Positions 57,247-64,000 of a stretch of 64,000 nucleotides of DNA are shown here, piece by piece; the first letter of the stretch is position 1; each line of letters opens with the position of its first letter. Source of the stretch: Candidatus Avelusimicrobium vaccinum (GTDB lineage Bacteria > Elusimicrobiota > Elusimicrobia > Elusimicrobiales > Elusimicrobiaceae); contig CADBIY010000005.1 of the NCBI GenBank assembly GCA_902794895.1, positions 1-64,000 on the forward strand. Reading direction: 5' to 3'. The notes beneath the pieces were generated by a model that saw only the letters and a list, made by a program, of their open reading frames with translations, ran no database searches and was not told the origin of the DNA. The position numbers were made by a program, and so were the translations under genes.

Positions 57247-58315
57247 AGAAGTAAAAGTCGGTCCGTTTACCCTTGGAACCGGCCACCCGATCCGGGTGCA
57301 AAGTATGTGCAACACCGACACGCGTGACGCCGTTGCCACCGCCAAGCAAATCAATGCGTTGGAAGAAGCCGGCTGCGAAATCAACCGCGTTGCCGTACCC
57401 GACCTACAAGCCGCCCAAACCTTAGGGGAAATTAAAAAACGGATTCATTCCCCCCTTGTGGCTGATATTCATTTTGACTATAAACTCGCGCTGGAAGCCA
57501 TTAAACAAGGCGTTGATAAAGTACGAATCAATCCCGGTAATATCGGTGCCATCGAAAACACCAAAGAAGTAGTCAAAGCCGCCAAAGACCATGGAGTTGC
57601 TATTCGTATCGGTGTAAATGCAGGGAGCGTAAAATACTTAAAAAGCGTTCAAGGCCGCATGGAACTTTCCGACGACAAATGGGCCGAAGTAATGGTAAAC
57701 GAAGCCTTGGAGCAAGCCAACATTTTAGAGCAACTCAACTTCAAAGACGTGGTCGTGTCTTTAAAGTCGGACAATTTTAAACGCACGGTATTAGCCAACG
57801 AACTTTTTGCCAAGCAAAGCGATATTCCCCTGCATATCGGCTTAACCGAAGCGGGCAGTTTTTTAAGCGGAACCGTTAAGAGTTCGGTAGCGCTGGGCAC
57901 CTTACTTACTAAAGGAATCGGTGCAACCATCCGCGTTTCTTTAACGGAAGACCCGCGCCTTCAGGTTCGCACCGCGTATGAAATTTTAAAAGCCGTCGGG
58001 CTGCGCGAGTATGGGCCGAATTTAATTTCCTGCCCGACGTGTGGGCGTACCCAGGTGGATGTAACCGGCACGGTGCATGCGCTGGAAGAAAAAATTTATA
58101 ATGACAAAGCCCTGCGCGAAAAAGCCACCGGCCTAAAAATAGCCGTCATGGGATGTATCGTCAACGGCCCCGGTGAAGCACGCGACGCCGACTTTGGAAT
58201 TGCCGGCGGTAAAGGCGAAGGACTTTATTTTGAGCACGGGCAAACCATGTTCAAACTCCCGCAAGAAAAATGGGTAGAATTTTTAATTGATAAAATAAAA
58301 ACTTGGAAGAAATAA
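57233..58315 (+). CDS. ispG: 4-hydroxy-3-methylbut-2-enyl diphosphate synthase
   Basis: VQSMCNTDT, RINPGNIG and CPTCGRT motifs; 360 aa. Confidence 0.95.
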   Translation: MYKTREVKVGPFTLGTGHPIRVQSMCNTDTRDAVATAKQINALEEAGCEINRVAVPDLQAAQTLGEIKKRIHSPLVADIHFDYKLALEAIKQGVDKVRINPGNIGAIENTKEVVKAAKDHGVAIRIGVNAGSVKYLKSVQGRMELSDDKWAEVMVNEALEQANILEQLNFKDVVVSLKSDNFKRTVLANELFAKQSDIPLHIGLTEAGSFLSGTVKSSVALGTLLTKGIGATIRVSLTEDPRLQVRTAYEILKAVGLREYGPNLISCPTCGRTQVDVTGTVHALEEKIYNDKALREKATGLKIAVMGCIVNGPGEARDADFGIAGGKGEGLYFEHGQTMFKLPQEKWVEFLIDKIKTWKK

Positions 58316-58328
58316 GGACAACGAAATT

Positions 58329-60053
58329 ATGAAACTATCAAATTATTATATTCCGACGTTAAAAGAAGCCCCCAAAGATGCTGATACGCTTTCAGCCAAA
58401 CTGATGATTCGCGCGGGGCTTATCCGCAAATTGGCCAGCGGACTTTATGAATGGTTACCGTTGGGGCTGCGCGTACTGAAGAAAGTAGAACGCATTGTGC
58501 GTGAAGAAATGGACAAAGCCGGGGCTTGTGAAGTATGGTTGCCAGTTGTACAACCGAAAGAATTATGGGAAGAAAGCGGCCGTTGGACGTATTACGGCAA
58601 AGAATTACTGCGCTTTACCGACCGTAAAGAAGCCGATTTTTGTATTGCACCCACCGCGGAAGAAGTCATCACCGATTTAGTGCGCAAAGATATTTCCTCT
58701 TACAAACAGTTGCCGATTTGTCTGTATCAATTTGGCACCAAATTCCGCGATGAAATCCGCCCCCGTTTCGGTGTGATGCGTGCGCGCGAATTTTATATGA
58801 AAGATGCGTATTCTTTTGCTGCTACTGACGAAGATGCATCTGCATGGTATCAAAAAATGTATGATGCCTATCAACGCATTTTTACGCGTTGCGGTTTTGA
58901 ATTCAAAGCGGTAGAAGCAGACACCGGATCTATCGGCGGGAATTTTTCACATGAATTTATGGTATTGGCAGATACCGGCGAAGATGCTATCGCCAACTGC
59001 CCGTGCTGCGGATATGCCGCCAATACGGAAAAAGCGGAAATTCAAGCCCCGGATGCTATTACGATTAACGGGGCTGAATTGAAACCTATGGAGTTGAAGG
59101 ACACTCCCGGCGCTTACACAGTAGAAGATGTGGCTAAAATGTTGCAGGTTTCTCCGACGAAAATTATTAAATTGTTGTTATTTGTAGCCGACGGGAAACC
59201 CGTGGCAGCATTGGTTCGGGGAGATCATGAACTCAATGAGTTTAAATTAAAAGCCTTTTTAAAATGTGCCGAACTGGAAAAAGCCAGTGAAGAAGTATAT
59301 ACCCAAGTAACCGGCTCTTTTGTCGGCTTCGCGGGAGCCCAAGGGCTCAAAGTAAAACATCCCGAAGTAATGGTATATGCGGATCACTATGTGCAAAATA
59401 TCGTGAATGGAGTATCCGGTGGAAATGAAAAGGATAAACATATGATAAACGTAACTCCTATGCGCGATATCTCCGTAGATGCTTATTTGGATCTAAAAAT
59501 GGCCTCTGCCGGTGATAAATGCGCCCGTTGCGGGCACACCTTTACCTTTACGCGCGGTATAGAAGCCGGACACGTTTTTAAACTCGGCACAAAATATTCC
59601 CAAGCCATGAAGGCTACATTCTTAGATGAAAAACAAACGGTCAAACCCTTTATCATGGGGTGCTACGGGATTGGGATTAGCCGCGTGGTTGCCGCCGCTA
59701 TTGAACAATCCCATGACGATAACGGCATTATTTGGCCCGCTCCGCTGGCTCCGTTTGATGTAGCGTTAGTGGCTATTGATTACGACAGCAACCCGGACGT
59801 AAAAAAACATACGGACGAAATTTGCGCGGCCCTGGAAGCCAAAGGAATCACCGTCTTATTAGATGACCGCAACGAACGCCCCGGTATTAAGTTTAAAGAT
59901 ATGGACTTAATCGGTTTGCCGCACCGCTTGGTGGTAAGCAGCCGCACCGTGGCCGACGGCCAATGTGAATACAAAGCCCGCAAAGAAAAAGAAGCCGTAC
60001 GCTGGAATCTGAGCGAAGCGGTTGAAAAACTAATCGAAAAGGTCCGCCAATAA
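58329..60053 (+). CDS. proS: Proline--tRNA ligase (bacterial type with an INS editing domain)
   Basis: 574 aa, with class IIa motifs FRDEIRPRFGVMRAREFYMKDAYSF and GCYGIGISR. Confidence 0.95.
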   Translation: MKLSNYYIPTLKEAPKDADTLSAKLMIRAGLIRKLASGLYEWLPLGLRVLKKVERIVREEMDKAGACEVWLPVVQPKELWEESGRWTYYGKELLRFTDRKEADFCIAPTAEEVITDLVRKDISSYKQLPICLYQFGTKFRDEIRPRFGVMRAREFYMKDAYSFAATDEDASAWYQKMYDAYQRIFTRCGFEFKAVEADTGSIGGNFSHEFMVLADTGEDAIANCPCCGYAANTEKAEIQAPDAITINGAELKPMELKDTPGAYTVEDVAKMLQVSPTKIIKLLLFVADGKPVAALVRGDHELNEFKLKAFLKCAELEKASEEVYTQVTGSFVGFAGAQGLKVKHPEVMVYADHYVQNIVNGVSGGNEKDKHMINVTPMRDISVDAYLDLKMASAGDKCARCGHTFTFTRGIEAGHVFKLGTKYSQAMKATFLDEKQTVKPFIMGCYGIGISRVVAAAIEQSHDDNGIIWPAPLAPFDVALVAIDYDSNPDVKKHTDEICAALEAKGITVLLDDRNERPGIKFKDMDLIGLPHRLVVSSRTVADGQCEYKARKEKEAVRWNLSEAVEKLIEKVRQ

Positions 60054-60061
60054 ATTCCAAT

Positions 60062-60099
60062 AAAAAACTCCGGCAACTAAATTGTTGCCGGAGTTTTTT
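60062..60099. terminator. Bidirectional terminator between proS and the OMP gene
   Basis: AAAAAA-CTCCGGCAAC-(loop)-GTTGCCGGAG-TTTTTT. Confidence 0.8.
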
Positions 60100-60111
60100 A
60101 TCTCAGTTTAC

Positions 60112-60978
60112 TTAAAATGTAATACCGGTGCGGACACCATATTCACGCGTAATATTAAACGGCTCTAAATAATACCCTGCGTCGTGAATAGTATCTCCAG
60201 TACCTGGGTCAACCAAATCATACCAGAATTTAGCAGAGTTTTGGATTTTCCAGTAGCGCCAGAACGGTTCCACAAATACGCCGAATTTACCTAAATCAAT
60301 TTCCATTTTAGCACTGGCCCGTACCCCAAAGCCTTTATCTTGCTTATTGGAAATTGTATTTGTATTTACAAAATCCTCCGTGTGGCTGGATTGGTTACCG
60401 CGTATTAACCAGTCAAATTCCCCATTTAAAGAGAACGTGACATGCTCTCCCACATCCAACATTAAATGCGCCCCTAACGGCATATAGATATAGGTAGAAG
60501 TACGTTGGTAAGTATGCCCGGTTACACCGCCAATGGTAATATCGCCGTCTTCACCGTTGCGTAACGACCGCCAACCAATCCCGATATACGGACGTAACTC
60601 CAACGGATTTGCCAATTGGTATTTGCGTCCGAATTTAAGAGCGGCTTCCATGTAGTAGTCTTTTTCGTCTTCGGTTTTAAAAGGAGTGCCATCCATCAAA
60701 TATCCGTCATAGTCGGCTTTACCGTCCATATAGCGAAATTCAAGGGATGCAAAAGACGGATCATTATCCGATAAATCTCTTGATAATACACTTTGGCGCG
60801 TATAGACAATACTACCGCCTCGTTTTTTAGCGGTAATATGAATCGGGTACTCCATATGCGGTTCGCGGTACCCATAGTCGGATCCTTCGTAAGCAATTTC
60901 TAATTTATGTTTTTTATCTTTAGCCAGTAGCGGCAAGCATAACCCTAATGCTATTACTAATAAAACAATTTTTTTCAT
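60112..60978 (-). CDS. Outer-membrane beta-barrel protein, hypothetical
   Basis: Signal peptide, alternating aromatic/hydrophilic strands, C-terminal ...GVRTGITF. The start is set 6 nt after SD GGAGGA. Confidence 0.7.
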   Translation of the reverse strand: MKKIVLLVIALGLCLPLLAKDKKHKLEIAYEGSDYGYREPHMEYPIHITAKKRGGSIVYTRQSVLSRDLSDNDPSFASLEFRYMDGKADYDGYLMDGTPFKTEDEKDYYMEAALKFGRKYQLANPLELRPYIGIGWRSLRNGEDGDITIGGVTGHTYQRTSTYIYMPLGAHLMLDVGEHVTFSLNGEFDWLIRGNQSSHTEDFVNTNTISNKQDKGFGVRASAKMEIDLGKFGVFVEPFWRYWKIQNSAKFWYDLVDPGTGDTIHDAGYYLEPFNITREYGVRTGITF

Positions 60979-61031
60979 TTTCATTCCTCCCAACTGTTTT
61001 AATATAGCAAAAATAGTGCCATTTTGGCTAC

Positions 61032-61059
61032 AAAAAAGCCGGGTTTTTAAAACCCGGCT
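61032..61059 (-). terminator. Terminator after the OMP gene at 61082-62083
   Basis: AGCCGGGTTT/AAACCCGGCT hairpin with a U-run on the minus strand. Confidence 0.7.
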
Positions 61060-61081
61060 TTCTAATAATCTGCGATTTAAG

Positions 61082-62083
61082 TTAAAAACGCATCCCTACC
61101 CGCAACATCATATTATGAAATTGCACATTCTTATCTTTATGAAACGGAGTAAGGTTTTTATCGCTAATCCAACCATACGCATATCGGTATTCCAACCCGG
61201 CAAAAAGAGAGGCAGTAAAATCATACTGTACTCCTAAACCGGCATACATGGATGCCCCCCATTTATTATCTCCGGCTGTTTCGCCGTCGGTTACCGTTTT
61301 CATACGGGCATTCATCATACCAAAACCCATGGGTAAATATACTTGAAAATTATCCCACGGATTCAGCGTAAATTTGCCCGCTAACGAAATGTTATGAGCA
61401 TAGATGCCGTGATAATGACGGCCGTCATACGTTTTGCTACCCGGGTGCAACATCATATAATCTAACCCTAATGCTAAGTGGGTGCAAACATCTTTGAGCA
61501 TACTTACATCAGCACCCATACCGATTTTGCTATAACGGTCCCCCCGACTATCTTTGTTATATAATAGGGTAGCCCCGCCCGCCAACGAAATTTCCATCCC
61601 CTTGGCATTGGCACGAGCCGCTTTGCTGGGTGAATAACTGCTATATACCACTCCTTCCGTTTGCGTTTGCCCCTGTGCATTCGTTACACTTTCTTCGGCA
61701 ATTCCATAATCGGTTGTTCCTCTTTTATTGGTGATGCTCACATCATAGGTACCGGTAGTGGTGGTGGTTTTATGCACTTTCAGTTTCGGTTCCCCTTTTT
61801 TTAAAGAAGCCTCATTAGCCGCTTTCGTGGCAGCGGCACTGGCGGCGGCACGTTGTGCAGCCGCTTGGTGTTGCACCTGGTGTTGATGCATTGCGGTCTT
61901 TTGTTTGGCGGTTTGCACCTGTTGTTCCATAGGAACCGTCACTTCTTCATTGGTTACAATCACCCCATTGGACGTAGGTGTAATGGTTCCGGAGCCATAA
62001 GTTACTGTTCCTACCGGCTGTGCAAAAACCAAACTCGCTACTAATAGTACAACGAGCGCAGCAATAATGCTGTGTTTAATCAT
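61082..62083 (-). CDS. Outer-membrane beta-barrel protein with an A/Q/T-rich N-terminal region, hypothetical
   Basis: Signal peptide, then a C-terminal ~190 aa with beta-strand periodicity ending ...MLRVGMRF. SD GAGGGGGA. Confidence 0.7.
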   Translation of the reverse strand: MIKHSIIAALVVLLVASLVFAQPVGTVTYGSGTITPTSNGVIVTNEEVTVPMEQQVQTAKQKTAMHQHQVQHQAAAQRAAASAAATKAANEASLKKGEPKLKVHKTTTTTGTYDVSITNKRGTTDYGIAEESVTNAQGQTQTEGVVYSSYSPSKAARANAKGMEISLAGGATLLYNKDSRGDRYSKIGMGADVSMLKDVCTHLALGLDYMMLHPGSKTYDGRHYHGIYAHNISLAGKFTLNPWDNFQVYLPMGFGMMNARMKTVTDGETAGDNKWGASMYAGLGVQYDFTASLFAGLEYRYAYGWISDKNLTPFHKDKNVQFHNMMLRVGMRF

Positions 62084-62173
62084 GTATGTTTCCCCCTCAT
62101 TTAATTTTTGCTACTTTTTTATTGTACTGACCTATAAACCCCTGGGCAACGTAAAAAACTAATTAGAAACCTA

Positions 62174-62202
62174 TTGACAGCGGTATAGGCAAATAGTAAA
62201 AT
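62174..62202 (+). promoter_or_regulatory. Sigma70-type promoter TTGACA-17-TAAAAT for rimP-nusA
   Basis: Read directly; the spacing is exactly 17 nt. Confidence 0.6.
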
Positions 62203-62219
62203 ATATGTGTTCTAGTAAG

Positions 62220-62249
62220 AGCGACTTGGTAACAAGTCGCTTTTTGCTT
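62220..62249 (+). terminator. Terminator-like hairpin in the rimP-nusA leader (attenuator candidate)
   Basis: AGCGACTTG-GTAA-CAAGTCGCT-TTTTGCTT, located between the promoter and the SD AAAGGAGGA of rimP. Confidence 0.55.
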
Positions 62250-62276
62250 AAGATACGGGCACCGAAAGGAGGATAC

Positions 62277-62735
62277 ATGAAAGACCCGAAAACCATTGAA
62301 CAAACAGTAGCCAAAGCGCTGGAATCAGAACAGGTCGAGTTAGTGGACCTTGTGATTCAGCACCAAGGAAAAAAGGCAGTATTGCAATTTTTTGTAGATA
62401 AAGTAGGTGGTGTTACGCTAGACGATTGTGGCGTACTTACCGATAAAATTGATGCTATTTTAGAAATGGAAAATTTAATTGATGGCGCTTATATTCTGGA
62501 GGTTTCCTCTCCCGGGGTAAACCGTGTGCTAAAAAAACCGGCCCACTTTAAACAATTTATTACCCAACGGGTAAAAATTGTACTCAAAGTACCCTTGGAA
62601 GGCCGCGGATTCTTTACCGGTGTTATCGATTCGGCGGATGATACCGCTTTCGTATTAGACGACGGAACCAACAAATACCGTTTTACATACGACAATATTA
62701 AAAAAGCAAACTTGGACCCTGTCCTGGAATTTTAG
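62277..62735 (+). CDS. rimP: Ribosome maturation factor RimP
   Basis: ~150 aa with an ILEVSSPGVNRVLKKP motif, directly upstream of nusA. The start is set at MKDPKTIE after the SD. Confidence 0.9.
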   Translation: MKDPKTIEQTVAKALESEQVELVDLVIQHQGKKAVLQFFVDKVGGVTLDDCGVLTDKIDAILEMENLIDGAYILEVSSPGVNRVLKKPAHFKQFITQRVKIVLKVPLEGRGFFTGVIDSADDTAFVLDDGTNKYRFTYDNIKKANLDPVLEF

Positions 62736-62756
62736 TAACAAAGGAGAATAACAAAC

Positions 62757-64000
62757 ATGGAAGGAACAGCAAAAGATTTAGTATTAGCATTGGAAGGTTT
62801 AGAAAGAGAAAAAAATATTAAACGCGAAGATATTTTAAAAACCATTGAAGATGCATTGGTTTCCGCTCTTCGTAAAAACTTAGGGAAAACCGCCCAAATC
62901 AGTGCTAAAATTGATGTAGAAAGCGGCTCTATCAAAGCCTTTCAAACTTTAAATGTTGTGGAATTAGTTACTAACCCGGAAACGGAAATTGACGTAACCG
63001 CGGCAAAAGCCTACTTAAAAAATCCAAAAGTCGGCGACATAGTTACCCATACCTTGGAAGTGCAAGATTTCTCCCGTATTGCGGCTCAAATCGCTAAACA
63101 AGTGCTGATCCAAAAGGTCCGCGGCATTGAACGGGATAATTTCTACAAAGAATTTAAACCGCGCGAAGGGGAAGTAATCACCGGTTCCGTGCGCCGCTTT
63201 TCCGACCGCGATATTATCGTGGACCTGGGCAAAGTAGAGGCCATTTTACCGTATTGCGAACAAATTAAAAAGGAACGCTATACCACCGGTTCGCGCGTGA
63301 AAGCAATTATTGCCAAAGTACTCAGCCAAACTGATTTGGCCAACATTGGCGACGATCCCGTATTGGCCCGTTACAAATCAGCCGCTTTCCGCATGGATAA
63401 AGGACAACGTGGGCCTTATGTTATTTTATCCCGCGCCAACGGTAAATTTTTAGAAGAACTTTTTAAAGTAGAAGTTCCGGAAATTAACGAAGGTATTGTT
63501 GAAATTAAACAAATTCAACGGGACCCCGGATTCCGTGCCAAAGTGCTGGTGTCCAGCATTGACAGCAAAATTGACCCGATTGGTACATGCGTGGGAATGC
63601 GCGGGATTCGCATTCGCGCCGTTATGAACGAACTTTCCGGCGAACGTATTGATTTAATCAACTACTCCAGCGACGTTTCCACTGTGCTCATGAATTCCAT
63701 TGCTCCGGCAAAAGCAAACTTTGTGAAAATTGACAGTGTCAGCGAAAAGAAAGCAACCATTATCGTACCAGACGACCAATTAGCCATTGCCATCGGAAAA
63801 GACTGGCAAAATATTAAATTGGCCTCGAAACTGACCGGTTGGGACTTGGATGTTAAGAGCGAAAGTCAAAAAGCGAAAGAAGGCGAAGCCGTCACGGCCG
63901 CCGTACAAGCCTCCTTAGCAGATATAGAAGGCATTGGTCCCAAGATGGCAGAAGTATTGCAAAAATCCGGATTTACCAGCCCGGAACAAATTGCCGCTTT
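62757..64000 (+). CDS. nusA: Transcription termination/antitermination factor NusA (3' end beyond the window)
   Basis: Hand translation: MEGTAKDLVLALEGLEREKNIKREDILKTIEDALVSALRK..., with an S1 domain (GEVITGSVRRF) and KH domains (DPIGTCVGMRGIRI). No stop before 64000. Confidence 0.9.
   Translation, partial: MEGTAKDLVLALEGLEREKNIKREDILKTIEDALVSALRKNLGKTAQISAKIDVESGSIKAFQTLNVVELVTNPETEIDVTAAKAYLKNPKVGDIVTHTLEVQDFSRIAAQIAKQVLIQKVRGIERDNFYKEFKPREGEVITGSVRRFSDRDIIVDLGKVEAILPYCEQIKKERYTTGSRVKAIIAKVLSQTDLANIGDDPVLARYKSAAFRMDKGQRGPYVILSRANGKFLEELFKVEVPEINEGIVEIKQIQRDPGFRAKVLVSSIDSKIDPIGTCVGMRGIRIRAVMNELSGERIDLINYSSDVSTVLMNSIAPAKANFVKIDSVSEKKATIIVPDDQLAIAIGKDWQNIKLASKLTGWDLDVKSESQKAKEGEAVTAAVQASLADIEGIGPKMAEVLQKSGFTSPEQIAA

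Overview
About 40% GC bacterial chromosomal window. It is densely coding and mostly housekeeping. Many prepilin-type ORFs next to lipid A/LPS genes suggest an Elusimicrobia-like diderm, but I cannot confirm this without a database search.

Recognisable blocks:
- Lipid A / inner-core LPS cluster: lpxK, lpxL-like, gmhB, a DUF3108-like gene, heptose-7-P kinase, kdsB, then pyrG.
- An alpha-2-macroglobulin and PBP1C pair, translationally coupled.
- MATE transporter and nadB.
- DEAD-box helicase, ABC-F ATPase, two coiled-coil exported proteins, then aspS-hisS, tRNA-Ala and asnS.
- yceD-rpmF-plsX-fabG-acpP-rnc.
- rpsB-tsf-pyrH-frr-uppS-(alkD-like)-cdsA-dxr-rseP-ispG-proS.
- Two beta-barrel OMP genes, then rimP-nusA (nusA runs off the right edge).

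Unusual content is non-coding or accessory:
1. A roughly 300-bp intergenic repeat occurs in three copies. Its invariant ~100-nt core can fold as a perfect four-way junction, and its two hairpin loops are exact reverse complements.
2. Two same-orientation copies bracket an orphan prepilin-type gene. That gene's promoter spacer is a T12 homopolymer.
3. The 3' end of tRNA-Ala plus its terminator is repeated three times in tandem.
4. At eight genes a -10 box lies 6-7 nt before an SD-less ATG, suggesting leaderless mRNAs.
5. Smaller items: an orphan terminator, a 30-codon ORF, an rpsB C-terminal KKTT-repeat tail, and tandem paralogous repeat proteins.

No rRNA genes, CRISPR arrays, transposases, integrases or recognisable defence genes were seen.
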